Notes: generated from the sequence alone by a model not told the origin. 64,000 bases of DNA from an uncultured Candidatus Saccharibacteria bacterium (GCA_964348695.1 CAYGDI010000001.1:159473-223472); one strand, 5' to 3'. Positions 37,283 to 47,884 are shown, numbered from the stretch's first letter. Made by a program: numbers and translations.

Positions 37283-38734
37283 TTATTTTTGGTATACGTA
37301 AAACCGTACGGAGCTAGATTGGTACGGATCAACTACTAGTTTTTCTAAGATACCGTACTGTATCTGAGGTAGTTGAACAGTTGATATAGCGGTATCATGT
37401 TGGCTCACTTCGCTACTATCATCTGTAACTGTTATGCCAGGATAATCTCGGCGCAGTAACCCATAGAATTCTTTGTCTGGTGTGCTTGTGACGAGAGCGG
37501 CACGAGGGTATTTGTCCAAAGTCTCTCGTGCTAATTGTAGGTCGTGACTATGAATCTGCGACAATGCAGGGCTATATCGATAAGCATCTAGATAAAAGGT
37601 CAGGTTGCCTATCATGATACCAGCGAGCAAAATGACCATAGGAACGAGTGCGGTGACTCTAGCGTATGGGTTGTGCGGGAAGAGTTTGTACCATTCATCT
37701 AACAGTGTTTCTATCCCCAGCCCCATGAGTAGTACTAGAGGTATGCTCAAAATGATCAAAAAATCGGGATTGAGAAGGCTTGGCAAAGCGACAACAGGTA
37801 GTGTCATGATGAGCATATAGCTACGCGCGCTATGGTGGTCGCGTATTAGGTTGAGCAAACCAAAGACAATGAGGACGAAACTAGCTGCACTAAAGATTGG
37901 AGCAAGCCCGATTTCTGTTAGTTGTGGCTTCCAAAACATAAAGTATGCTTTGAAAATCTCTTTAATGTTGTGTCGGATTAACTCAAAAGTCACTGCTGTC
38001 TGCGGCCAGCCCGCTAGAGTAGCTAATATGAACGGGTGTTTCACTATAGCAAAGATGAGAGGTGTCAGAATAATACCAGCTACGGCAATACATACGGCTA
38101 AATGAGCTTTGGGGATAGTGGTGACTACATATCTCAGGTGAGGGTGCAAGATACTCGCAGCAAGCATACATATAACAACGTACAGACTGAGTGGCGTGTA
38201 TAGACTCAGGGCAAGGCTGGCGCTTAGCAGTACGCTCCAGACGAGTGATTTGTTATTTGCAGTAAATTTGAGCGCAAATAACAAGACAAAGATGAGCCAA
38301 AAGACCATCATGATCAGAGGCACTCCCTCTTGTGAAGTGTAGAGGAACTGTCGCAATGCTACGAAGATACAGATAGTAAAAATTGCCACAGAGTCACGTA
38401 GTAGCCAACGTCTCAGTAGCCACAAAAGACCGATCGCACTCAGTGCGCCTATTATGATCGAAGGTAATTTGATGCCTAGATTTGTGATACCAAAAAAATG
38501 CAGACTGGCTTTTTGTAGTAGATGGTATGGGAGGTCAATGACGTTTTTTGTAGATGGATCAGTGAGTGAAATGGTTGCACTTGCGACAGCGCTTTGTTTT
38601 TCGGCACTAGTCAGCTGCCCAGGTATTTCGAAGCCAACCAATAGTGCACCGATCAAAACCACAATGAATAATGCATACCCAATAATATATCGGTAGCGGT
38701 ATAATAGTATTTCGCTGAGAATATTTCTTTTCAT
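37283..38734 (-). CDS. polytopic membrane protein, possibly a GT-C (ArnT/PMT-like) glycosyltransferase
   Basis: About 12 TM segments. ATG at 38734 follows TATAAT-GGTAGAGG. The functional call is weak. Confidence 0.4.
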   Translation of the reverse strand: MKRNILSEILLYRYRYIIGYALFIVVLIGALLVGFEIPGQLTSAEKQSAVASATISLTDPSTKNVIDLPYHLLQKASLHFFGITNLGIKLPSIIIGALSAIGLLWLLRRWLLRDSVAIFTICIFVALRQFLYTSQEGVPLIMMVFWLIFVLLFALKFTANNKSLVWSVLLSASLALSLYTPLSLYVVICMLAASILHPHLRYVVTTIPKAHLAVCIAVAGIILTPLIFAIVKHPFILATLAGWPQTAVTFELIRHNIKEIFKAYFMFWKPQLTEIGLAPIFSAASFVLIVFGLLNLIRDHHSARSYMLIMTLPVVALPSLLNPDFLIILSIPLVLLMGLGIETLLDEWYKLFPHNPYARVTALVPMVILLAGIMIGNLTFYLDAYRYSPALSQIHSHDLQLARETLDKYPRAALVTSTPDKEFYGLLRRDYPGITVTDDSSEVSQHDTAISTVQLPQIQYGILEKLVVDPYQSSSVRFYVYQK

Positions 38735-38797
38735 TAAACCTCTACCATTATACCGCACAGGTACTATATCTGCATGTCAAAAGTGCTACCAGGTATA

Positions 38798-40312
38798 TTA
38801 TTGCTTGAGTTTGTCGAAGTTGTCTCTGGCATAGCAGATGCCTTCTTCGACAGTTGTAAACTCGCCATTGATTTGGGCTTCGTAGATTGCCTTTAGCATC
38901 ATGCCTAAACCAGGGCCTTCTTGGAGACCAAGCTCGAGTGCGAGCAGGTCTCTGCCAAATACCAATTTTGCTGGAGGTTGCTTGTCTACTTCGAGCTCCA
39001 TTGCTCTGGCATATATATCGTACGATGCAGTTTTTTCCTGGAATGTATCACCACGACCATTTGAGTCGCTACGACAGACCAGGTCCCACAGACGTATACT
39101 GGCTGGCTGCAGGCGCAGAGCAAGTTTGCGGATCTGTTTTTCATTTGGTTCAGGGTTGCCAACATGAAACATGTGATTCTTGACGATCGGTATGACTTTT
39201 TGGACGATATCTTTTTTGATGTTCAGAGTTGCCATCAACGTTCGGGCTGGCTCTTCTCCAGCAATGTCATGTCCATATGCAGTGATACGCATTACATCAT
39301 TTTTCAATCGTCTTTCTGTGGTTGTCGCTTTGCCCAAATCGTGACAAAGTGCACCTAGTAGCACTGTCAATACATCGTCTCCTTCTAGCTGTTCCATACG
39401 AACGATTTTTGCTGCTGCATCAACAACTAGCATTGTATGATTCCAGACATTACCTTCCGGGTGCCACTCAGCCTCTTGTTCGATTTGCTCCAGGATATCT
39501 AGTTCGGGGTGTAGCGTACTGAGAATACCAATCTCTTTTGCTAGTTGCAGACCTATGCTTGGCTTTTCGGCTTTTGTGAGTAGTTTTATCCACTCCTCTC
39601 CGATTCGTTCTTTGGAAAGTTCCTGCAGATCAAGCGTGCGACATAGTTCAGCGGTTTCCTCTTCCATAGTCATATCAAATCTTGCTGCAAACTGCATGCC
39701 TCGCAATACTCGCAGCGGATCGTCGGCGAACAACTCTGGATCGGTTGCACGCAAGACCTTATTTTTGATGTCACCCATCGCCCCGTACCAGTCATGTAGT
39801 TCACCTGTAATAGGATCAAGCGCCAGTGTGTTCATAGTAAAATCACGACGTCGCGCGGCCTCCTCGATAGACATATGCGGGTCGCCTGTGACCTGGAAAC
39901 CTTTGTGCCCTTTGTCTACTTTTGAGTCACGACGAGGTATCGAAAAATCAATCACATTGCCAGTGTGTGGGTTGGTTAGTTTTGCAATACCAAAACTCTG
40001 TCCAACGAGATCAATTTTTCCATATTGCTCGAGCAACTGCTCCATAGTTTCAAACGCCAGCCCGTAGACTTCAATGTCGATATCTTTTGATGCTGTATCT
40101 GTGTCGTGCGTAGCATCGATAACAAGATCTCTGGCAAAGCCGCCGACAACTAGTGCTTGTCCGCCAGCTTCCGCGATTGCAGTTGCGCAGGTATGAGCAA
40201 GTACTAGATCGGCAGATGTGCTAGGATCTTGTTCGGTATCGGCCAAAGACAAAAAATCAGCAAACTGTAGATGCTGAGCTGTGTTGTGTATATCTGGGTT
40301 ATATTCTGACAT
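38798..40312 (-). CDS. cca: CCA-adding tRNA nucleotidyltransferase with HD domain
   Basis: GGFARDLV...DIDIEV, RRDFTMNTLA and the HD motif CHDLGK. Confidence 0.88.
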   Translation of the reverse strand: MSEYNPDIHNTAQHLQFADFLSLADTEQDPSTSADLVLAHTCATAIAEAGGQALVVGGFARDLVIDATHDTDTASKDIDIEVYGLAFETMEQLLEQYGKIDLVGQSFGIAKLTNPHTGNVIDFSIPRRDSKVDKGHKGFQVTGDPHMSIEEAARRRDFTMNTLALDPITGELHDWYGAMGDIKNKVLRATDPELFADDPLRVLRGMQFAARFDMTMEEETAELCRTLDLQELSKERIGEEWIKLLTKAEKPSIGLQLAKEIGILSTLHPELDILEQIEQEAEWHPEGNVWNHTMLVVDAAAKIVRMEQLEGDDVLTVLLGALCHDLGKATTTERRLKNDVMRITAYGHDIAGEEPARTLMATLNIKKDIVQKVIPIVKNHMFHVGNPEPNEKQIRKLALRLQPASIRLWDLVCRSDSNGRGDTFQEKTASYDIYARAMELEVDKQPPAKLVFGRDLLALELGLQEGPGLGMMLKAIYEAQINGEFTTVEEGICYARDNFDKLKQ

Positions 40313-40377
40313 ATGTATAAAGTTATTATAAAAAAGTGTAGGTACTAGAGGGCGCTGCGGCCCTCTAGTACCCTGCG

Positions 40378-40683
40378 TTACCGATGCTGATCCTCGAGTA
40401 CTTGGCGTGTGACTTCTCGTCCGAAGAGTCTTATCATCAGCGCAGCGAATATGACTGCTGGAATTAGCATCACAGTCATGACCATCAGCGGATCTTTGGC
40501 GCTAACCATTGTGTAGGCCAGCAAAAATGCCGCAACGAATGCGTAGAGAGAAAACAGCCAGGCTTTTGCCGGTGTGAACTCGAACTTTTGCTTGTTGCGC
40601 ATTGATCGCCAGACGACAAACAATGGTGCTGCGTAGTAGAGCGACAGTAACGAATACGTCGCCCACGTCGGTATTGTGTGCAT
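40378..40683 (-). CDS. hypothetical small membrane protein (3 TM)
   Basis: 101 aa, hydrophobic. Confidence 0.5.
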   Translation of the reverse strand: MHTIPTWATYSLLSLYYAAPLFVVWRSMRNKQKFEFTPAKAWLFSLYAFVAAFLLAYTMVSAKDPLMVMTVMLIPAVIFAALMIRLFGREVTRQVLEDQHR

Positions 40684-40747
40684 CCCTTTCTCACTTTCGA
40701 TTGTTGATTAGGATTATTACTACAATACAATATTTATATGAGATATG

Positions 40748-42103
40748 TCAAGCGTCTTTAGCCTTGCGATCAAGAGACATAAACCGTAGTCTCTCTGGGT
40801 GGAAGTACAGCTGCAGCTTGCCAGTCGGTCCGTTACGGTGTTTTGCGATGATCAGGTCGGTAATATGCTGGTTGTCGGTGTCAGGATTGTAATAATCTTC
40901 TCGGTACAAAAACATCACGAGATCGGCATCTTGCTCGATAGATCCAGACTCACGTAGGTCGGCTAGTTGTGGGATCTGAGGGTGTCGCGATTCAACTGAA
41001 CGGCTTAGCTGCGACAGTGCGATTACCGGTACATCGAGCTCACGAGCGATGAGTTTGAGCCCACGTGATATTTCACTAACCTCTTGTACTCGGTTGTCGC
41101 TGTTGTTGCGCCCACTACCCTGCATGAGCTGGAGGTAGTCAACGATGATCAACCCTAGCGGGTGGTTGTGAGCTTCTCGCCGCGCTTTTGTGCGCATCTC
41201 TAACACACTTAGCCCAGGGGTATCGTCAATAAAGATCGGCGCCTCGGCCATTTCGCCCATAGCGTCTGATAATTTAGAAAAATCATTGTCGCTCAAATTT
41301 CCAGTACGTATTTTGAAAGCATCTACCCCACTCGCATCTGCTAACATACGATCTACCAACTGGTCTTTGCTCATCTCGAGGCTAAAGAACAGTACGGCTT
41401 TCTTTTGTTGAGATGCTATATTGTATGCCAGATTTGATACAAAGGTTGATTTTCCCATAGCTGGACGAGCCGCGAGAATCAGCAGGTCAGATTTTTGTAG
41501 GCCTGCAGTTTTGTTATCAAGGTCTTTGTAGCCTGTTGGCACACCGCGTAGACTACCTTTGTTTCGGTGTAGCTCTTCGATACGGTCGAAGCTTTCGTTG
41601 AGGATTGACTCTAAGCTGACAAGATCTTGTTTTAGGCTGGCATCTGAGACTGAGAAAAGATCAGCCTCTGCCTGACCGAGCAGTTCGGCTATTGATTTGT
41701 CTTCGTCGTAGCCTAGTTCGGCTATTTCACTACTTGCTTTTATGAGACGACGACGCACTGCTTTGCTGCGGACGAGTTCTGCATAGGCAGTAGCGTGAGC
41801 CGATGTTGGTACGTAGTTTGTGAGCTCTGTTAGGTAGCTCGCTCCGCCTACAGTATCTAATAATTTCTTGCCTTTTAGCTCGTCGCTCAGTGTCAAAAGG
41901 TCCACGGGTTTGTGTTTTTCGTAGAGGCGCATGATCGCCGCAAACACCGCTTCGTGACGTGAGTCATAAAAATCAGCGGGTTTTACTTTGTCACTAATAT
42001 CAGCTAGCACATTGTCATCAATCAAAACCGCACCGAGCAAACTCTTTTCGGCGTCTATGCTTTGTGGTGGAATCTTTCCCTCTTGTTTAGGCTTGGCTGA
42101 CAT
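40748..42103 (-). CDS. dnaB: replicative DNA helicase
   Basis: PPQSIDAEKSLLGAVL, Walker A ARPAMGKST and IIVDYLQLM. Confidence 0.96.
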   Translation of the reverse strand: MSAKPKQEGKIPPQSIDAEKSLLGAVLIDDNVLADISDKVKPADFYDSRHEAVFAAIMRLYEKHKPVDLLTLSDELKGKKLLDTVGGASYLTELTNYVPTSAHATAYAELVRSKAVRRRLIKASSEIAELGYDEDKSIAELLGQAEADLFSVSDASLKQDLVSLESILNESFDRIEELHRNKGSLRGVPTGYKDLDNKTAGLQKSDLLILAARPAMGKSTFVSNLAYNIASQQKKAVLFFSLEMSKDQLVDRMLADASGVDAFKIRTGNLSDNDFSKLSDAMGEMAEAPIFIDDTPGLSVLEMRTKARREAHNHPLGLIIVDYLQLMQGSGRNNSDNRVQEVSEISRGLKLIARELDVPVIALSQLSRSVESRHPQIPQLADLRESGSIEQDADLVMFLYREDYYNPDTDNQHITDLIIAKHRNGPTGKLQLYFHPERLRFMSLDRKAKDA

Positions 42104-43475
42104 TCACTTCTTCTCCTCCACCCATAATAGCAGTAATCGAAGAGATGCCCTTGTCGGCAGTGGGTAACTTGTCTACAGATGTGGAGATCGTGGGGACAAC
42201 GCCAAGTTTTTTGTGTAAAAACTCAGTCAACATATCGCGATATTTGCCCTGATCAAGCTTTTTTTGGTGTAGTTTGAACCCAAATGTGATCGAGATCATG
42301 TCTTGATCCCCCACTACGATAGCTTTTTGCATGATGCCGTATAGCGGTGGGTTTTCAGTGCGCAGATCATTGAGCAGCTCGTCCCATTTGAAAGCAGCAG
42401 TCTTTTTCTTTTTTGTTTGCACTGGTGTCGCTGGTTTGGGTTCTACGGGCTGAGTTGCTTTTTTGAGGGTTTGGGTCGGAGGTTCAATCGTAATGGTGGT
42501 ATCTTTTGACGTGAGTGCAACATGTTTTGGCTTTTCACTACTAGAATGTTTTGCAACGATGCTGAGCAGTTTGAGTTGAGGATCGTACGAACGGCCTATC
42601 TCTATTAGCTCATCAATGAGAGGTATGAGTTCTGTGTGGGTTGCAATCTGGGAGCGTAGATATTGTGTCAGCTGGTCGCTCAACACAACTGGTGATATCC
42701 CTTGTTGCTCTAGCTGGTCAATTGTGTGAATCGCCTTTTCCATATGGTGTTGTAGTATGTGGTCAACTAGTTCGATTACGCTCTCGGCAGGCGCTAGCCC
42801 TAGGGCTTGTTCGATAGTATCAGCTGTGATCGTTTCGTCACTGATGCTACGTATTTGATCTAGGATCGATATGCCATCGCGAAAACTACCACCAGAACGC
42901 TGGGCTATGAGAGTCAGTGCTTTTTTGTCTATCTTGATCTTTTCTTTTTTTGCTATTGCTGCCAAATGCTGGGTCATTTCATCGGTAGCTATGGGTCGAA
43001 AATGAAATCGTTGTGTGCGACTGAGTATTGTATCTGGTAGTTTGTGGACTTCGGTAGTCGCTAGTATGAACACGACGTGTTCCGGTGGTTCTTCGAGAGT
43101 TTTGAGCAGCGCGTTAAAGGCAGGCTTTGATAGCATATGAACCTCGTCTATGATATAGACTTTTTTATCCGCGCTGACTGGTGCTATGGTCACCTTTTCT
43201 CGCAGATCGCGTACATCTTCTACTCCGTTGTTGCTTGCGGCATCTATTTCGATAATATCCAGGTTCATGTTGCTGCTGTACGGTATTTTGTTGATCTCGT
43301 GTGCGAGAATACGAGCAATTGATGTTTTACCCACTCCGCGTGGGCCAGTCAGTAGATATGCATGATTTATATGACCATTCTTGAGTGCACGAGACAATAT
43401 ATCAGTGATATGCTGTTGACCCACTATTTCGCCTAGCGACTTCGAACGGTATTTTCTGTACAGAGCTTGCGCCAT
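42087..43475 (-). CDS. dnaX: DNA polymerase III subunit gamma/tau
   Basis: LYRKYRSKSLGEIVGQ, GPRGVGKTS, DEVHMLS and SRTQRF. Confidence 0.95.
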   Translation of the reverse strand: MAQALYRKYRSKSLGEIVGQQHITDILSRALKNGHINHAYLLTGPRGVGKTSIARILAHEINKIPYSSNMNLDIIEIDAASNNGVEDVRDLREKVTIAPVSADKKVYIIDEVHMLSKPAFNALLKTLEEPPEHVVFILATTEVHKLPDTILSRTQRFHFRPIATDEMTQHLAAIAKKEKIKIDKKALTLIAQRSGGSFRDGISILDQIRSISDETITADTIEQALGLAPAESVIELVDHILQHHMEKAIHTIDQLEQQGISPVVLSDQLTQYLRSQIATHTELIPLIDELIEIGRSYDPQLKLLSIVAKHSSSEKPKHVALTSKDTTITIEPPTQTLKKATQPVEPKPATPVQTKKKKTAAFKWDELLNDLRTENPPLYGIMQKAIVVGDQDMISITFGFKLHQKKLDQGKYRDMLTEFLHKKLGVVPTISTSVDKLPTADKGISSITAIMGGGEEVNVSQA

Positions 43476-43561
43476 ATTGTTTATTTTGTACCCCTCATAC
43501 TCCCTAATCTTGTTATTATTATACGCCTATATCCATTGTTTTTTGACGTAATTTTTACGAT

Positions 43562-44227
43562 TTATGGCATTAGTTTACTAGTTACCAATACTCTTTTTTC
43601 ATATTGATTGGTTTTTTTGTCGAATTTGCCGCCGCAGGTTATCAGATTTAGCTGATTTTCTATTGATTCTGATTGTTCGTACATCTTTTTGGTCGTTTCA
43701 TCTGGTGAGTACTCTTTGACGCTCACTACTTCGAAAGTTTTTGTCGTTTGATCACCAAACTCTATCTTGTATTTGTCACCCACCTGCAGCTGCTTCAACT
43801 TTTTGAATATCCCTGGATTGTATTTGCCGCTGACATGACCGTCAATGATACTAACACCTTTTTCACCTGGCAGTGGTGAGTTTGTATACCAGCCCGCCAG
43901 ATGTATATTGCCTGGCACTGCTATTGCATTGTCCTGATCTACACCGACACGTATGATACAGCCATCGCTATCTATACTGGGCAATATGATTTTGCGAGGT
44001 TGATCCTCTGCTACCTTGTGTGCTGCACAGTTTGGCTTGGTTTCTTCGGGATCGTCAGTTGAATTTGTTAGAGTTTGGTTGCTGATTGGTGATGCTGGTT
44101 TGTGGGTAGCTTGGTACTGTTGCCAGAATACCAAGACGCCGAAGACTATCAGCGCAATTGCAAATATCGTCAAGACGGTAGCACTATAGCGTTGTAGCTT
44201 CGTTTTTCTTCCAACCTTTTTGATCAC
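43562..44227 (-). CDS. sortase-family transpeptidase
   Basis: N-terminal TM anchor, IDGHVSG..., catalytic LNLITCGG and a C-terminal R. The start is uncertain (GTG 44227; the ORF extends to 44332 but that part carries the promoter-like TGCTAGAAT). Confidence 0.75.
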   Translation of the reverse strand: MIKKVGRKTKLQRYSATVLTIFAIALIVFGVLVFWQQYQATHKPASPISNQTLTNSTDDPEETKPNCAAHKVAEDQPRKIILPSIDSDGCIIRVGVDQDNAIAVPGNIHLAGWYTNSPLPGEKGVSIIDGHVSGKYNPGIFKKLKQLQVGDKYKIEFGDQTTKTFEVVSVKEYSPDETTKKMYEQSESIENQLNLITCGGKFDKKTNQYEKRVLVTSKLMP

Positions 44228-44296
44228 AACCTCCGAAATTCTGCTATTAACGTATATTCTAGCACAAGCATGTTTGAGATTCTGTATAATATAAGT

Positions 44297-44689
44297 ATGA
44301 ACAAAGATATTAGTGACTACAACAAAAGACAAGAAGAAATCAATCGTGCTATTTGTGAGCTATTGGCTAGCGAAATACAAACAGTTTTGAATGGCAAGAC
44401 GGACAGCAAAATCTGGCACGGTGGGCCGGTGTGGTTTAGCGACGGTAATCCTATTGCTGGCTATGATGTGCTAAAAAACTGTGTGCGATTGCTGTTTTGG
44501 AGCGGCCAGGACTTTGACGAGCCAGGTCTAAAGGCTGAAGGCTCATTCAAAGCCGCCGAAGCTCGCTACACCAGCCCAGATCAAGTAAATGTCGAAGATG
44601 TACAGCGTTGGTGCCAAAAAGCCCTAGATATTCAGTACAACTACAAAGATATCGTCAAAAACCGCGGTCAACTAGATCGTTTGAAATAA
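44297..44689 (+). CDS. DUF1801 (YdhG-like) domain protein
   Basis: 130 aa. TATAAT lies 6 nt upstream of the ATG (leaderless-type). Sequence pattern WHGGPVWF... Confidence 0.55.
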   Translation: MNKDISDYNKRQEEINRAICELLASEIQTVLNGKTDSKIWHGGPVWFSDGNPIAGYDVLKNCVRLLFWSGQDFDEPGLKAEGSFKAAEARYTSPDQVNVEDVQRWCQKALDIQYNYKDIVKNRGQLDRLK

Positions 44690-44706
44690 ACACACGTGGT
44701 GTAAGA

Positions 44707-45300
44707 TCAAATATCTTCTACCAGCTTTTCTAACATAATTTGCAGCGGTTTTTCATCTCCGTGGTAGCCTATGGCGCATGCACCAATATTTTCTTTGCTG
44801 TTCATTCTATTCCAAGCAATACTTTTACCAGCGTTAAATGCCAAGAGGCTCAAAAAGGTTCGAATGACCCGTCCATTACCCTCTCTGAAAGGATGGATAA
44901 TATTTAACTCGCAATAGTAGTGAGCAATCCGCTTAATAAAATCATCAATCGAAAGATTATTCAGATTATCTTCACGCTTTAACTCCTCCAATAACTCTAT
45001 CGCCGAGCTCTCTATATGCCGCGAGTGAGCAAAACGTGTCTTATCTTTCGCCAGTTCTATTCTGCGTATTTCACCGGCCCAGTCATATATATGTGAAAAT
45101 ACTTGTTTGTGTATTTCACGCAGCAACTCCAGATCAAACACAGTAATAGCGGGACTTTCAATCAAGATTGTACTAATTTCAACGGACGTGATCTCTGCTT
45201 CTACTTGTTCCAGTTCACTTTGCGTTTTGATATTCAGTAAATTATGCAATACTCCAGTATCCGGATTAAAATACGGGTCATTGGCAACATCGTACGACAT
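44707..45300 (-). CDS. fic: Fic-family protein (AMPylase-type toxin)
   Basis: Canonical Fic motif HPFREGNGRVIR within a 197-aa protein. Confidence 0.9.
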   Translation of the reverse strand: MSYDVANDPYFNPDTGVLHNLLNIKTQSELEQVEAEITSVEISTILIESPAITVFDLELLREIHKQVFSHIYDWAGEIRRIELAKDKTRFAHSRHIESSAIELLEELKREDNLNNLSIDDFIKRIAHYYCELNIIHPFREGNGRVIRTFLSLLAFNAGKSIAWNRMNSKENIGACAIGYHGDEKPLQIMLEKLVEDI

Positions 45301-45307
45301 GGCTGTC

Positions 45308-45499
45308 TTACTTGTTATTAGAGTTTGTAGTCATTTCTTGGATAGTTACTTTGCGTAACTTGCTAGCTGTCATTTTGCCACTAGCGTATTCATTCAGGCG
45401 TTGTTGAGTATTTTTAGAGGGTTTTAGGCCTTCTGCCCGCACTGATCCTATTGCAGCATTAACTGCCTTTTGTCTAGCCGCGACATTTGACTTATTCAT
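45308..45499 (-). CDS. VbhA-like antitoxin of class I Fic toxins
   Basis: 63 aa, 7 nt upstream of fic. It carries the inhibitory (S/T)xxxE(G/N) motif as SVRAEG. Confidence 0.75.
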   Translation of the reverse strand: MNKSNVAARQKAVNAAIGSVRAEGLKPSKNTQQRLNEYASGKMTASKLRKVTIQEMTTNSNNK

Positions 45500-45571
45500 G
45501 TTTTAATTATATCACAATACTACGTTACGATCAATACTTTTAGCTTATGCTTATCTGTGTGGAATAATCTG

Positions 45572-46030
45572 CTAGAAATCTGCGATAACGAGTTTTTTCA
45601 TTTGCATCATTTTTTTGAATGCATCTGGTTTGCTCATTAGTTCGCCCATGTTTTCGGGGACGACTTGCCAGCTCAGGCCGTATTGGTCTTTGCACCAGCC
45701 GCATTGTTCGTTCTCAGGGTTTTTGGATAATTTTTCCCAGTAATAGTCGATTTCGGCTTGGTCTTTGCAACTGATCGAGAATGATACAGATTCGTTAAAT
45801 TTAAACTCAGAGCCTGCGTTGATAGCGACAAATGGTACACCGTCTAGCTCGAACTCGACTGTCAGCACATCGCCAGCCAAGTTTTGCTGAAAGTCAGCCA
45901 GCCCTTCCTCGGCCGTTTTCGGATAATATTCGGTAGATGTTATTTTGCTGTTCGGAAATACCGACACATAATAATCAACCGCTTCCTTTGCGTTACCATC
46001 GAACCATAAATTTGCTGTGATCTTTTGCAT
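45572..46030 (-). CDS. VOC-superfamily protein (PhnB / 3-demethylubiquinone-9 methyltransferase-domain type)
   Basis: MQKITANLWFDGNAKEAVDYYVSVFPNSKI is the family's typical N-terminus. Confidence 0.75.
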   Translation of the reverse strand: MQKITANLWFDGNAKEAVDYYVSVFPNSKITSTEYYPKTAEEGLADFQQNLAGDVLTVEFELDGVPFVAINAGSEFKFNESVSFSISCKDQAEIDYYWEKLSKNPENEQCGWCKDQYGLSWQVVPENMGELMSKPDAFKKMMQMKKLVIADF

Positions 46031-46092
46031 AACTCGCCCCTTTGCTTATGTTCTAATTATATATTAATTCACAATATGAGCAGCACACAATG

Positions 46093-46845
46093 TCATAGTT
46101 GATTCGCCTCTTCTACCAAACGAGGTAAAGTTAAGCCATATTGCCTCTTCATTTCTCTCATACGCCAAATACCTCGTAGCATATCGTTGTGGCAATTTTT
46201 CACCTTATCACCCGAATTGCAAACGCAGCGATGGTTGGCCCCGTACTTCTTGCTCAATAGATAGAAAAATAGCTTTTCACCAGTTAACTTAATAATGTCT
46301 CGGGCGGTTGTGACTAGGTCTTCCCGTGTAATATTGGCAGCTCTTGCAAACCACTCGAATAGGCCAAGGAAATGATGGCTTAGCTCGCCCCAGGGCCAGT
46401 CGTGGTACTTTTCGTAATACGACTGAGCGTATAGGCGTGGGATGAGGAAATTAGTTATATATTTTTCGAGATTGAAAGTTTTATCAAAAGCGCGGGTAAG
46501 ATCTCTTGGGCCTGAGTCACACAGAAAGTTTGGTAGAGTTTCATATACGTGTAGATCGGCTAAGCGCTTTCCTAGACTCGCCGATAAAGCTTCGACACGT
46601 CCGCCTATTTCTTCTGTAAAAGGATACTTGTAGCCTGGCTGCCAGCGTATACGAACTTTGTAGCGGTCCTCAATGAGCATACCTTTGTCGGCTAGCCTTG
46701 CAATATCTACGGCAGATGGGTTTATGACAACCTGTTGGCCGTCATAAAGCGCCTTAAATGGCACCCATCCTTCAACAAACTGCCCTTTGTGGTATAAGGG
46801 CAGCTTGGCAGTTTGAAGCCACTGCAAATCTTCATCGGACCACAT
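46093..46845 (-). CDS. hypothetical protein with a possible UBC/E2-like core and a C-terminal SEC-C-type CxC...CH motif
   Basis: ATG lies 4 nt after the NTase stop (alternative TTG at 46887). Motifs are YKYPF..., LHVYETLPNFLC (H-x9-C) and CVCNSGDKVKNCH. Confidence 0.6.
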   Translation of the reverse strand: MWSDEDLQWLQTAKLPLYHKGQFVEGWVPFKALYDGQQVVINPSAVDIARLADKGMLIEDRYKVRIRWQPGYKYPFTEEIGGRVEALSASLGKRLADLHVYETLPNFLCDSGPRDLTRAFDKTFNLEKYITNFLIPRLYAQSYYEKYHDWPWGELSHHFLGLFEWFARAANITREDLVTTARDIIKLTGEKLFFYLLSKKYGANHRCVCNSGDKVKNCHNDMLRGIWRMREMKRQYGLTLPRLVEEANQL

Positions 46846-46849
46846 GGGT

Positions 46850-47884
46850 TTAGTAACCCCAGGGTTGACTTGGGGTTGGAATAACAACCCGCTGTGTAAA
46901 AACCGGAGCGGCTGTACTGTTCGCTTCTTCTACAGACGTAAGCTTGTCTAGTAAGGTAGCCACTTCTGTTACCGAGCTAGCACGAGATAGGCTTGCAACC
47001 AACCTAGCTGCCTCTTGCTGCAAGCCAAGTATTAATTTGCGGCCTTCATCGGTCAGCTTATCTTCAATATACTGGTCTACATACTGGGTGCTGTCTGCTC
47101 GGTCTGGATAATGTGGAGCATCAAGTCGTTCTGCTAGCAGCGCAATACTACCTCCTATAGATTCGAGAGTATTTGCGCCTGGGTTAGTCTGGAAGTGCTC
47201 AACACAGACCTGTTCTAAATGGAATGATTTCAGTATGAAATTATCTTCGTGGTTGACTTTTTGCTTGTGTCGCCATGACTTGACTACCTTTACAGTCTTG
47301 CGAAAAGTACCTTTGGTATCGGCATCGAGCTTTGTTGCTGCAGAGATGTAGCCCTTCGGATCCGATTTAATCCAACCGATTGGGCTGTGGGCTTCGTTTT
47401 CATAGCATTCGACACGTTTTTGATGGCTAGCCTTTAATATTTCGGGCACGATATATAGTGGGTCGCCAAACTCATTAGTCTCGCTGTCTGAAGTTACAGC
47501 TGGCACGACATCGATACTGAAGGATTCTGGAGCATCATCGTCATCAAAAACTATCGTCACGGAGTGTGTTTGGGCGATAATCTCTTTGATCTTACTAATC
47601 TTGCTCTTCATGTAGGCTTCTAGCAACACGGCGCGCAACTTAGCCATGACCTTTTGGGGATCGCTTAGTACGGCATTGTCAGGTAGGACGTAGATTACAT
47701 CCAGATCGTGTACCGGGTCGATGGCGGTAAAGCGTGCGTAAGAACCGGATTGGAAGCAACTATTGCCAAGAAGTGTGCACAGCTCCGCGTATTTCTTGGT
47801 TATGTAATCCCGCTGTTCCTGTTTTGGTGAGAGGTTCTTCCGTACGTAGTTGTCAATAGACTGTGAAATTTCAGTAGTATTCAT
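46850..47884 (-). CDS. SMODS / CD-NTase-like nucleotidyltransferase
   Basis: The Pol-beta NTase core has GSYARFTAIDPVHDLDVIYVL (G-S...D-x-D) and a third acidic residue in FSIDVVPA. An OAS1-C-like helical region follows (VKSWRHK...LKSFHLE). Confidence 0.75.
   Translation of the reverse strand: MNTTEISQSIDNYVRKNLSPKQEQRDYITKKYAELCTLLGNSCFQSGSYARFTAIDPVHDLDVIYVLPDNAVLSDPQKVMAKLRAVLLEAYMKSKISKIKEIIAQTHSVTIVFDDDDAPESFSIDVVPAVTSDSETNEFGDPLYIVPEILKASHQKRVECYENEAHSPIGWIKSDPKGYISAATKLDADTKGTFRKTVKVVKSWRHKQKVNHEDNFILKSFHLEQVCVEHFQTNPGANTLESIGGSIALLAERLDAPHYPDRADSTQYVDQYIEDKLTDEGRKLILGLQQEAARLVASLSRASSVTEVATLLDKLTSVEEANSTAAPVFTQRVVIPTPSQPWGY

Noticed and set aside
39555-40067. 170-aa plus-strand ORF
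   Set aside because: It is a Ser-rich antisense frame of the clearly identified cca gene.
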